64,000 nucleotides of DNA from Eledone cirrhosa (taxonomy: Eukaryota). The DNA lies in assembly GCA_964016885.1 (NCBI GenBank), contig OZ024757.1, forward strand, positions 9,424,001 to 9,488,000, in the 5' to 3' direction. Of this stretch, positions 12,032-24,643 are shown in pieces. The stretch's first letter is position 1, and the number at the start of each line of letters is the position of its first letter. A model generated the notes under the pieces. That model did no database searches and was not told where the DNA came from. It was given only the letters and a program-made list of their open reading frames with translations. The position numbers and the translations under genes are program-made.

Positions 12032-12171
12032 GTACATCACAAGTCTAAACACTAAGGATGCATGTGTGAATATGTATGTTCTTTCTTGAACATGGCGGAC
12101 CTTGTTGTCTCTTGAGGTCACTGGTTGTGACTTGGTGATAACTCGTATGAACATAAAGCAAGATAAATGCA

Positions 12172-12202
<31 letters not shown>

Positions 12203-12230
12203 TTAATAATAATAATAATAATAATAATAA

Positions 12231-15200
12231 CAATCCTCGATAAGAGTGTTTAAATAGTCGAACATAAACAGTTCGAATAACGGTGAAATGGAGACTAGAA
12301 CGTCATGTGACAGACTCTCACCCAACAGGTGCCCCCTGGCTCAGCAGCAGGAACCTGACTGTCAACCAAATACTGCTGATGTTGGAGGAAGGAGAAGAAG
12401 GAAAGGGGCCAGAACCAACTGGACGAAAGAATTGAATAGAACTGTTATGCAATGCTACCTGAAAAGTAACCCCAAGGAGAGGGGCTACAGGAGACGGATG
12501 CATAACATCTGGAACGAGATTGGTTTATTTAAATTAGATGAACAAAAATTGGCCGGGCAGGCTCGGGTAATAAGAACTAATGGGTGGATAAGCGAGCTGG
12601 AACTGGAGGAACTGAGCAGAGAGAATGGCTTGGAGATGGCGGGTGTAGTATGCCAGACAGGCGAGCCGGTGGGAAATGAAGGTGAGGAGGTCCTGAGAAC
12701 GGAGGAACCACCCGAAGCAGACAATGATCTGAGTACTGAGATAAATAATACCTGGAACAGAGATACGGCCACTGAGGAGATGAATGCTGACGGGCTAGGA
12801 CAAGATTCGGTTGACATCCTAAATTTAGTGGTAGATGAATTGAACAATGATAGTGGGAGACCTATGAACCTAAGATTTGTAGACAGGAAAAAGATAAAAG
12901 AAACAACAGCTAAGGTAAACAAAGTCATCCCATACCTTGAGGCGAGGAGCCTTCACCAGTGCAACAATATCCTCAGAGCAACAGCAAATACGGTGAGGAA
13001 ACTACTTGGTATAAAAGCGAGAGGAAACAACAGACAAGAAAGAGCAGAGCCGTGGTGGAAGAAGCGACTGAGTGGGCAAATCGGGGAAATGGGAAATGAC
13101 ATAGGAAAGCTTGAGTCACTACTGAATGGGACACTAAAAAACATAGGCACTAAAAATAGACTGGAAATAAAATGCAAAACTAGGAGTAAAAAGCTAAATA
13201 TTATCATAGAGGAATTGAAGCAACGCATTGTAGCAAAGAGTGCAAAAATCAGGCGATACAAGAACAGAGTCAGCTAGTATAAACAGAACCGCATGTTCGA
13301 CAACAACCAGAAGATGCTGTTTGGACAGCTTGAGGGCAAAGAAAGAGGCAACGACTTGATCCCTGGGGCGGAGCAAACTAAAACATTCTGGAGAGGAATA
13401 TGGGAGCAGGATGTTAGACACAATGCCCAGGCAGGGTGGATTGAGACAGTACAGAGGGAGATCGGTGAGCAGGCACAGCAACAGACTGATTTGAGTATCA
13501 CAGTTGAAACTCTTAAGGGGCAGGCCAAAAAACTAACCAACTGGAAATCACCAGGCCCAGATGGTGTGCAGGGGTATTGGATTAAACATCTAACATCCCT
13601 CCACCCGAAGCTGACGGCCATGTTCAATGACTGCTTGGTGTCGGGTGAGGTGCCAGAGTGGTTGACAAAAGGTACCACAGTTCTGATAATGAAAGACCGA
13701 ATCAAGGGTAATGATGCTACCAACTATAGACCTATCACATGTCTGCCCGTAATGTGGAAACTGTTGACGAGCATTGTGTCTGAGGAAATCTACCATCACC
13801 TCCACACAAACAACTTGTTACCGGACGAACAGAAAGGATGCCGAAAGAAGTCACGTGGTACAAAGGACCAGTTGCTTATTGATAAGATGGTAATGGGGAA
13901 TTGCAGGAGGAGACACACTGATCTTGCCATGGGATGGATAGACTACAGAAAGGCATTTGACATGGTGCCTCATTCCTGGATCACCAAAAGCCTGGAGATC
14001 TTCAGGGTGGCAGATAACATCAGACAGTTGCTAGGCAGGAGTATGGGGTCCTGGGAGACAGAGTTGACATCAACTGGAGTATCCTTGGGAAGCGTGAAGA
14101 TCAAGAGAGGTATCTTCCAGGGAGATAGCCTGTCCCCTCTGTTGTTTGTCCTTGCCCTGATGCCCTTGACCATTATGCTGCGAAAAGTGAGAGCAGGATA
14201 CAAGTTGGGAAGGGGAGAGCTTACCATCAATCACCTCCTCTTCATGGACGATCTTAAGCTCTTCGGGAAAAGTGAGAAGGAGTTGGATGTGCTTGTTGAC
14301 ACTGTCCGTATTTTCAGCAGTGATATATGTATGCAGTTTGGTATTGGTAAATGTGGAGTCATTGTGATGAAGAGGGGTAGGTTGAGCATAAGTAACGGGA
14401 TCCAGATACCAACAGGTGAGATGATAAAGGAAATTGACTCTGATGAAGGATACAAGTATTTGGGCGTGCTGGAGGCTAATGGCATAAAGAACAAAAAAAT
14501 GAAGGAATTGTTAAGAACTGAATACATTCGGAGAGTAAGGAGCGTATTGAAGTCACATCTGAACAGCAGAAATGCCATAAGCGCAGTAAATTCCCGAGCT
14601 GTGTCTATTATTAGGTACAGTGCGGGAATTCTGAGATGGAATGTTGCTGAACAGAAAGAAATGGATAGGAAGACTAGGAAGCTATTGACTATCTACAACA
14701 TGTTCCACAAGAGGAGTGATGTCGATAGACTCTACCTAAGGAGATCTGAGGGTGGAAGAGGTCTTATCAGCATAGAGGAATGTGTTCAGATGGAGAAAAA
14801 CAACCTATACAAATACGTGACCTATAGTAAGGAGCCAATGCTCAGAGCTGTACTGAAGGAGGGGACAGTAGGCCAGGGGATATCCAAGGAGGAAATAACA
14901 TCAAGGAGGAAGAGCAGCCTTAAGGGAAAATCCCTTCATAGTACCTTCTTTGAGAAAACTGAATTCAGAGATCCACAGACATGGAACTGGTTGAAAAGAG
15001 GAGACCTTAAAAAGGCTACAGAAGGAATCTTAATGGCTGCCTAGGAGCAGGCCTAAAAACGAAGTGGTTGAAACACCATATTTACAAGGAGGATGCTAGC
15101 CCACTGTGCAGGATCTGTGGAGAGAGAGAGAAGACTGTGGCTCACATTGTATCCGAGTGTAAACACCTAGCCCAGACCCACTATAAGGGCTGGAGACACG

Positions 15201-15753
15201 ATGTGATGGGCAGGGTGATCCACTGGCACCTGTGCAAAGTAAACAATCTACCACATTCTGAGAAATGGTATGAGCATAGGCCAGAGGCGGTGATGGAGAA
15301 CAGTCAGGTGAAGGTGCTGTGGGATTTTAGGATACAGACGGACAAAAAACTGGAACACAATAGACCTGACCTGGTGGTTGTGGACAAAGAAAAAAGATCG
15401 TGCCTGATTGTGGATGTGGCCTGCCCGTTCGACACGAGAGTGCAAGAGAAGGAGAGGGAGAAAATTAACCGATACCAGGACCTAAAGTGGGAGGTGAAAA
15501 GGATTTGGAACTGCCATGAAGTCAAAGTGATCCCGATTGTCATAGGCGCACTGGGGACTATCTCCAAAGGTTTCCAGGGATGGTTAAAGAAAATCGGCCC
15601 CTTCACGCTTTTTGGAACGCTTCAAAAGGCATGCTTGCTTGGAACAGCAAGAACCCTCCGATACGTCCTGAATATCTGAGGCTGCAGGTAGTGGCTTGAT
15701 ATTCAATCCAACGGACTTTCCAGTTAACCAACATCAATGACTGAGATTCAAGG
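12231..15753 (+). mobile_element. R4/Dong family B, copy B1 (complete ORF region, leader truncated)
   Basis: RT motifs FQGDSLSP and FMDD, CCHC CRICGERE.TVAHIVSEC, RLE motif NRPDLVVVD..DVACP; (AAT)n on both sides. Confidence 0.92.
12288..15679 (+). pseudogene. Family B RT-RLE ORF with stops at 13275 and 15042 plus a frameshift
   Basis: ORF track pieces 12288-13277, 13293-15044 and 15068-15679. Confidence 0.9.
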
Positions 15754-15785
15754 AATAACAATAACAATAATAATAATAATAATAA

Positions 15786-18484
15786 TGGAAGAAGCGACTG
15801 AGTGGGCAAATCGGGGAAATGAGAAATGACATAGGAAAGCTTGAGTCACTACTGAATGGGACACTAAAAAACATAGGCACTAAAAATAGGCTGGAAATAA
15901 AATACGAAACTAGGAGGAAAAAGCTAAATATTATCATAGAGGAACTGAAGCAACGCATTGTAGCAAAGAGTGCAAACATCAGGCGATACGAGAACAGAGT
16001 CAGTCAGTATAAACAGAACCGCATGTTCGACAACAACCAGAAGATGCTGTTTGGACAGCTTGAGGGGAAAGAAAGAGGCAACGACTTGATCCCTGGGGCG
16101 GAGCAAACTAAAACATTCTGGAGAGGAATATGGGAGCAGGATGTTAGACACAATGCCCAGGCAGGGTGGATTGAGACAGTACAGAGGGAGATCGGTGAGC
16201 AGGCACAACAACAAACTGATTTGAGTATCACAGTTGAAACTCTTAAGGGGCAGGCCAAAAAACTAACCAACTGGAAATCACCAGGCCCAGATGGTGTGCA
16301 GGGGTATTGGATTAAACATTTAACATCCCTCCACCCGAAGCTGACGGCCATGTTCAATGACTGCTTGGTGTCGGGTGAGGTGCCAGAGTGGTTGACAAAA
16401 GGTACCACAGTTCTGATAATGAAAGACCGAATCAAGGGTAATGATGTTACCAACTATAGACCTATCACATGTCTGTCCGTAATGTGGAAACTGTTGACGA
16501 GCATTGATTCTGAGGAAATCTACCATCACCTCCACACAAACAACTTGTTACCGGACGAACAGAAAGGATGCCGAAAGAAGTAACGTGGTACAAAGGACCA
16601 GTTACTTATTGATAAGATGGTAATGGGGAATTGCAGGAGGAGACACACTGATCTTGCCATGGGATGGATAGACTACAGAAAGGCATTTGACATGGTGCCT
16701 CATTCCTGGATCACCAAAAGCCTGGAGATCTTCAGGGTGGCAGATAACATCAGACAGTTGCTAGGCAGGAGTATGGGGTCCTGGGAGACAGAGTTGACAT
16801 CAACTGGAGTATCCTTGGGAAGCGTGAAGATCAAGAGAGGTATCTTCCAGGGAGATAGCCTGTCCCCTCTGTTGTTTGTCCATGCCCTGATGCCCTTGAC
16901 CATTATGCTGCGAAAAGTGAGAGCAGGATACAAGTTGGGAAGGGGAGAGCTTACCATCAATCACCTCCTCTTCATGGACGATCTTAAGCTCTTCGGGAAA
17001 AGTGAGAAGGAGTTGGATGTGCTTGTTGACACTGTCCGTATTTTCAGCAGTGATATATGTATGCAGTTCGGTATTGGTAAATGTGGAGTCATTGTGATGA
17101 AGAGGGGTAGGTTGAGCAGAAGTAACGGGATCCAGATACCAACAGGTGAGATGATAAAGGAAATTGACTCTGAGGAAGGATACAAGTATTTGGGCGTTCT
17201 GGAGGCTGATGGCATAAAGAACAAAAACATGAAGGAATTGTTGAGAACTGAATACATTCGGAGAGTAAGGAGCGTATTGAAGTCACATCTGAACAGCAGA
17301 AATGCCATAAGCGCAGTAAATTCCCGAGCTGTGTCTATTATTAGGTACAGTGCGGGAATTCTGAGATGGAATGTTGCTGAACAAAAAGAAATGGATAGGA
17401 AGACTAGGAAGCTATTGACTATCTACAACATGTTCCACAGGAGGAGTGATGTCGATAGATTCTACCTAAGGAGATCTGAGGGTGGAAGAGGTCTTATCAG
17501 CATAGAGGACTGTGTTCAGATGGAGAAAAACAACCTATACAAATACGTGACCTATAGTAAGGAGCCAATGCTCAGAACTGTACTGAAGGAGGGGACAGTA
17601 GGCCAGGGGATGTCCAAGGAGGAAATAACATCAAGGAGGAAGAGCAGCCTTATGGGAAAATCCCTTCATAGTACCTTCTTTGAGAAAACTGAATTTAGAG
17701 ATCCACAGACATGGAACTGGTTGAGAAGAGGAGACCTCAAAAAGGCTACAGAAGGAATGCTAATGGCTGCGCAGGAGCAGGCCCTCAAAACGAAGTGGTT
17801 GAAGCACCATATCTACAAGGAGGAGGCTAGCCCACTGTGCAGGATCTGTGGAGAGAGAGAGGAGACTGTGGCTCACATTGTGTCCGAGTGTAAACACCTA
17901 GCCCAGACCCACTATAAGGGCTGGAGACACGATGTGATGGGCAGGGTGATCCACTGGCACCTGTGCAAAGTAAACAATTTACCACATTCTGAGAAATGGT
18001 ATGAGCATAGGCCAAAGGCGGTGATGGAGAACAATCAGGTGAAGGTGCTGTGGGATTTTAGGATACAGACGGACAAAAAACTGGAACACAATAGACCTGA
18101 CCTGGTGGTTGTGGACAAAGAAAAAAGATCGTGTCTGATTGTGGATGTGGCCTGCCCGTTCGACACGAGAGTGCAAGAGAAGGAGAGGGAGAAAATTAAC
18201 CGATACCAGGACCTAAAGTGGGAGGTGAAAATGATTTGGAACTGCCATGAAGTCAAAGTGATCCCGATTGTCATAGGCGCACTGGGGACTATCTCCAAAC
18301 GTTTCCAGGGATGGTTAAAGAAAATCGGCCCCTTCACGCTTTTTGGAACGCTTCAAAAGGCATGCTTGCTTGGAACAGCAAGAACCCTCCGATACATCCT
18401 GAATATCTGAGGCTGCAGGTAGTGGCTTGATATTCAATCCAACGGACTTTCCAGTTAACCAACATCAATGACTGAGATTCAAGG
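15786..18484 (+). mobile_element. R4/Dong family B, copy B2 (5'-truncated, one nonsense codon at 16581)
   Basis: ORFs 15819-16583 and 16617-18410 are in frame; TAA here versus TCA in B1 and B3. Confidence 0.92.
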
Positions 18485-18493
18485 AATAACAAC

Positions 18494-18537
<44 letters not shown>

Positions 18538-18538
<1 letters not shown>

Positions 18539-18706
18539 TATACTAAGGAAGATCCTATCAATATAAGTACATCACAAGTCTAAACACTAAGGATGCATGT
18601 TTAAAAATGTATGTTCTTTCTTGAACATTGCGGACCTTGTTGTCTCTTGAGGTCACTGGTTGTGACTTGGTGATAACTCGTATGAACATAAAGCAAGATA
18701 AATGCA
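18538..18706 (+). mobile_element. R4/Dong family A, 3'-terminal fragment
   Basis: ORF end + 3' UTR of family A between (AAT)n runs. Confidence 0.9.
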
Positions 18707-18724
18707 AATAATAATAATAATAAT

Positions 18725-19141
18725 CAGACGGACAAGAAACTGGAACACAATAGACCTGACCTGGTGGTTGTGGACAAAGAAAAAAGATCGTGTCTGATTG
18801 TGGATGTGGCCTGCCCGTTCGACACGAGAGTGCAAGAGAAGGAGAGGGAGAAAATTAACCGATACCAGGATTAAAGTGGGAGGTAAAAAGGATTTGGAAC
18901 TGCCATGAAGTCAAAGTGATCCCCATTGTCATAGGCGTACTGGGGACTATCTCCAAAAGTTTCCAGGGATGGTTAAAGAAAATCGGCCCCTTCACGCTTT
19001 TTGGAACGCTTCAAAAGGCATGCTTGCTGGGAACAGCAAGAACCCTCCGATACGTCCTGAATATCTGAGGCTGCAGGTAGTGGCTTGATATTCATTCCAA
19101 CGGACTTTCCAGTTAACTAACATCAATGACTGAGATTCAAG

Positions 19142-19142
<1 letters not shown>
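18725..19142 (+). mobile_element. R4/Dong family B, 3' fragment (RLE part + UTR)
   Basis: Matches the 3' ~420 bp of family B; lies between (AAT)n runs. Confidence 0.9.
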
Positions 19143-19228
<86 letters not shown>

Positions 19229-22200
19229 GATAGGGAAGAAGACGCACGAGGTGGTAGAACGTCACGAAATTGCTCCCGTAAGTTTTTTGATTTTTAACAT
19301 ATTTAAATCAATTGTGAAAGAACAATTCTTAGCACAAATGTTGCATAAAGGCACCGAATGAGGTCCCATAAAGTTTCGGATCCATATTATATTGTTGTAT
19401 CGCGCAAATATTCAATTTTGAATTATATATTTTGTATTCAAAAAAAGAAAATGGTTATAAATGGAACAAAACACCCTCTGTCTACACTATATAGAACAGC
19501 GGCAATTTCAATTTCACCAACACCAGAAACTTGATACACTACCTATCCCATCACACTAAATATAACGGCAACTTCACCGGCATCATAATAATAATTACTA
19601 TTATTATTGTCTCAAATTTTAAAAAATGTTTAATTCAAATTTTACGGGAATATGTCAACACAAAATATAATGAAAATATATATTAAACATACGAACACAA
19701 ACTCATAGATACTATATCAGTAACCACAACACCACCGCTGCCACCACCCCACCACATCCATCATCGCCGCCACCACTCATTCAATGCTACTGACACTATT
19801 CCCCTGTTAACTTGAGAGAGAAAAGGGAAGGTGGTGGTAGCACTAGACAAGAGAGAGGCTAGCAAAAGATATAAATAGATTGACTTGGTGACCTTGCCAC
19901 GGACAAACGTCTACATCAACAATTATGGGACTGCTGGCTCACCCCTTCCTCACCAACAATATAAAAAGCCCCGGCACCACCACCGACATAGCCAGCAGCA
20001 ATAACAGCCAACTACAACAAAAAGTATATTATATTATTGTAATGCACTGGGTGATTGCTGGCCTGGAGTGGAGACAATTATTAATAATTTCATTCTTAAG
20101 CCACGCAATGCTCACATTAAGGAACCACTCATGATAATAACAATTTAAAAAAAACAACAAAAAGAAAACCCCGTGACCAAGAAATACCGGGATGGCGGCC
20201 GGCGGGGAATAGCCATGTCTCTAGGGGAGAACGACCCCTCTAGTCTTGGTTGACACTCGTTCTAGAAGTGGTAACACGAAAAGATTACCCCTTGGCGGAT
20301 AAGGATAAATCGCGACAAAATAAAGTAGATGTCTAATGATGAAATCTCATACCGGATCGGCCGTCACCCGGGTAAAAAAGGGCCGCGTCCCTCAGAGAGG
20401 AACCAGACTGGGGTCGAAAAATCAGCTAATGGTTCAAACCTTCCCATCACTTCGGAGCTGGAGACCTCCCATAACCGGAATACTCCTACTGTCGTCCCTC
20501 CATGCTCACCACCAAGAAATCCAAAGAAAAAGAGAGAAAAATGGTCAAGGGAAGATAATAAAGAAGTCCTTGAGGCTTTCTACACTGCCATGTACTACCC
20601 ATCAAATACATCGAATACAGAGCAAACATATATCAACTGTAAAAAGAAACACCCCGAAAACAGAGGCTATATTGACAGTAACAAACTAGCCAATATACGA
20701 AGAAATATTGTAAGAAAAAAGTTACTAACTGATATAGAAATTGATCAGATCAAGCTAGTAGCACAAAGTCAGCGAAGGGAAAATGAAGCATGTGTCAGTG
20801 AAAACGAGGTAAACTGTAACACTTCGAATCCCAGAGTTGGGGCGGAATCACTGGCAACAGAACAAATTAAAGAAAGGAGCGAAAAAGTGGAGGGAGTGCA
20901 TGCTCAGGATGAAACTCCAAATGAAAATAATGAGATCGTAAATGATAAAGAAATGAATGAGAATGAACTTGCCAACTTGAAGGATGAAATTATGATCGAA
21001 TGGATGAAAATGAAAGAATCTGACATGGGGGAACGAGACACCCTCCCTAAGATCCAGAACTCCAAACAGAACCAAAAGATAATACACAAGACTAACATAA
21101 TTCTCAAAAACATTATCATCACAAACAAACTAAGCATTACTGACTTAAATCATCTCTATTATGCATCGGCTAAAGTCACCACTCACTTATGTGGAGTGAA
21201 GATGAAAAAACAAAGGAATTCCCACAAGAAATCTACTTGGCAAGATAACATCAATCGCCAAATAAACCTTCTCCGATCTGACATAGAAATTTTAACAAAC
21301 TATAAAGTAGGTGAACATGTTAAACAAACTAAACTTAGAAAATTGAAAAAAAAGTACAGTATAAGATCAACATGTGACATAGACATGCTGATAGAAACAA
21401 TCAAGCAAAAAGTGTCGGCCAAAGCTGCTCGTATAAGGCGCTTTGGAAAACGATCTAGATTCTATAAGGACAATAATATGTTCAAAAACAACCAAAGAAA
21501 CTTCTACAGAAAAATTGGTAAGTCAACAATAACTGCTAAATCAATACCACCCAAGGAGGAAGTGCAAGAATTCTGGGAAAAGATCTAGGCCGAAGAAAAA
21601 GTTCATAACATACATGCCCCATGGATAGACAGACAAATGAAAGAAACAGCTCACCTTGAAGAACAAACATGGGAAAATATAACAGTTGAACAGCTGCGCT
21701 TGGATCTAAGAAAAACCAGCAAGTGGAAATCCCCAGGAAAAGACAAAATACAAAACTTTTGGATAAATGCCTTCACAGAGTCTCATGAGCTGTTAGCCCA
21801 ACTTTACAATGAAATAGTTAAGGAGCCAGAAAAGATACCATCATGGCTAGTTAACGGCATTACATTCCTGCTACCGAAGAATGATGAGACAAACAATCCC
21901 AAAAATTACAGACCGATAACCTGCTTGACCACAATGTATAAAATTTTAACATCAGTCCTAACTCAATACACATATGACCACCTGATAACAAATGACCTAT
22001 TTCCCATTGAGCAGAAAGGGTGTAAACGAGGCTCATATGGCTGTAAGGATCAGCTTCTGGTTAACAAAATGGTACTGGAAGATTGTCATAATAGACACAA
22101 AAATCTATCGATTGCTTGGATAGATTATAAAAAAGCATTTGATAGTTTGCCACACAGTTGGATTGACAAATGTTTAGAGATTTTCAAAATATCCCCCGTT

Positions 22201-24119
22201 ATCAGGAGGTTTTTGTCATTCAGTATGAGGACATGGAGAACGACACTCCTTTTGAATAGTGAAACAAAATCACTGGAAGCTGGAGAAGTTAACATTAATT
22301 GTGGAATTTTTCAGGGTGACTCTTTATCACCGCTTTTATTCTGCATCGCACTTATACCATTAAGTAAAATGCTCAATGAAACAAAACATGGATATAGAGT
22401 CTATGACAAAACCATTAATCACCTGTTCTACATGGATGACCTGAAACTATTTGCAAAAAATGATGAACAATTGCAAGGGCTATTATCCACTGTAAAGCAG
22501 TTCAGTGATGACATTAAAATGGAGTTTGGACTGGATAAATGCGCCAAAGCAACGTTCACCAGAAGAAAGCTGCTGAAGAGTTCAGACATTAATCTTGATC
22601 GGGGGAACGTGATAAGAGAGCTTGATCAAGAACAAACTTACAAATATCTAGGTGTTTGTGAAGGAGACGGAATCAAGCACTCGACAATGAGGGAAAGGAT
22701 AAGGAAGGAATGTTACCGCAGAGTCAGAGCAATCTTAAGAACGGAATTGAATGCAAGGAATAGGATCGATGCCATAAACACGCTTGCCATACCAGTAGTA
22801 ACTTACAGTTACAATGTCATCAACTGGTCAAGCACAGAGATCCGTAGGCTCGATACAAAAATCCGAAAATTCTTAACCATGCACAGAATGCATCACCCTA
22901 AGGCAGACATAGATAGAATATATCTCCCTAGGAAAGAAGGAGGACGTGGGTTAATCCAGTTAGACATTGCGTTGAAAACTGCAACAATTGGATTATCCAC
23001 ATATCTAAGGGAATCACATGATTGGATGATCAAACTCGTTTTGAAACACGAAAGCACCAAAAGATCATATTCCATTACAAAAGATGCACAAAGATACAGT
23101 AATGGACTACAAATTTCAGGAGTCCCATTTACTGCTGAAATGGAAAACACAGAAAAAGCAAAGCAGGTAAAAGTAACTGCAAAGAAAGAACTGCTACAGA
23201 AACTGGCTAAGAAATGGCAAGAAAAGCCTCTGTATGGAAAATACCCAGAGCGAGCTAACAATCCTGATGTTGACAAAACTTTAACCCATCAGTGGTTGGC
23301 ATCCTCTGGACTGAAATCGGAGACTGAAGGACTGATTATATCGGCACAAGATCAGTGTCCGCCAACAAAAAATTACCAAGCCAACATAATAAAAAATGGG
23401 TGCAGCCCATTATGCCGTGTATGCAAAAAACAACCAGAGACCATTGACCATATAATTTCAATCTGCAGTCCTATAGCTCCAACCGAATACCTAAACAGGC
23501 ATGACAGAGCTGCACAATACATACATTGGATAATGTGTAAGCATTTTGACCTGCCCCATCAAAAGAATTGGTGGGAGCATCAACCCCCTCCCATACTTGA
23601 AAAAGATCACATCTCAATCTTGTTGAACTTTAGCATCCAAACAGACCGAAAAATAGATGCAAATAGACCTGATATAATATTGAAGGACTTTCAAAGGAGG
23701 GTATGCCTGCTAATTGATATGTCTGTTCCAATAGACAAGAATGTATCTATAAAAACATTTGAAAAATTGAGCAAGTATAAGGACCTGGAGATAGAAATTG
23801 GAAAAATGTGGAAATTGAGAACTAAAACAATACCAGTGGTTGTAGGCGCTCTGGGAATGATACCTAAGGGGTCTAACGACTACTTATCGCAAATCCCAGG
23901 AAACCCGCGTATAGGAGAAATACAAAAGATAGTACTAATGGGAACTGCCCATATACTAAGGAAGATCCTGTCAATATAAGTACATCACAAGTCTAAACAC
24001 TAAGGATGCATGTGTGAATATGTGTGTTCTTTCTTGAACATGGCGGACCTTGTTGTCTCTTGAGGTCACTGGTTGTGACTTGGTGATAACTCGTATAAAC
24101 ATAAAGCAAGATAAATGCA
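19229..24119 (+). mobile_element. R4/Dong family A, copy A3 (longest copy)
   Basis: Begins right after (AAT)n; 1.1 kb leader, full ORF, 3' UTR, (AAT)n tail. Confidence 0.92.
20329..23979 (+). pseudogene. Family A RT-RLE ORF (~1216 codons) with a single nonsense codon (TGG>TAG at 21586)
   Basis: 20329-21588 and 21637-23979 share a frame; A2 has TGG at this codon. Confidence 0.92.
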
Positions 24120-24147
<28 letters not shown>

Positions 24148-24150
<3 letters not shown>

Positions 24151-24587
24151 TTTCAGGGTGACTCTTTATCACCGCTTTTATTCTGCATCGCACTTATACC
24201 ATTAAGTAAAATGCTCAATGAAACAAAACATGGATATAGAGTCTATGACAAAACCATTAATCACCTGTTCTACATGGATGACCGGAAACTATTTGCAAAA
24301 AATGATGAACAATTGCAAGGGCTATTATCCACTGTGAAGCAGTTCAGTGATGACATTAAAATGGAGTTTGGACTGGATAAATGCGCCAAAGCAACGTTCA
24401 CCAGAGGAAAGCTGCTGAAGAGTTCAGACATTAATCTTCATCGGGGGAACGTGATAAGAGAGCTTGATCAAGGATGCATGTTTAAAAATGTATGTTCTTT
24501 CTTGAACATGGCGGACCTTGTTGTCTCTTGAGGTCACTGGTTGTGACTTGGTGATAACTCGTATGAACATAAAGCAAGATAAATGCA
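24148..24587 (+). mobile_element. R4/Dong family A internally deleted derivative (RT core fused to 3' UTR)
   Basis: FQGDSLSP...ELDQ joined at AAG (24470-24472) to GATGCATG of the 3' UTR. Confidence 0.88.

Positions 24588-24642
<55 letters not shown>

Positions 24643-24643
<1 letters not shown>

Larger units (their letters stand above)
7166..12171 (+). mobile_element. R4/Dong family A, copy A2 (near full length, with ~1.2 kb upstream region largely shared with A3)
   Basis: Colinear with A3; same 3' UTR ending GATAAATGCA then (AAT)n. Confidence 0.9.

Noticed and set aside
20329-23979. Programmed stop read-through or selenocysteine in Dong ORFs
   Set aside because: The internal stops are TAG/TAA and are sense codons in sister copies, so they are ordinary mutations
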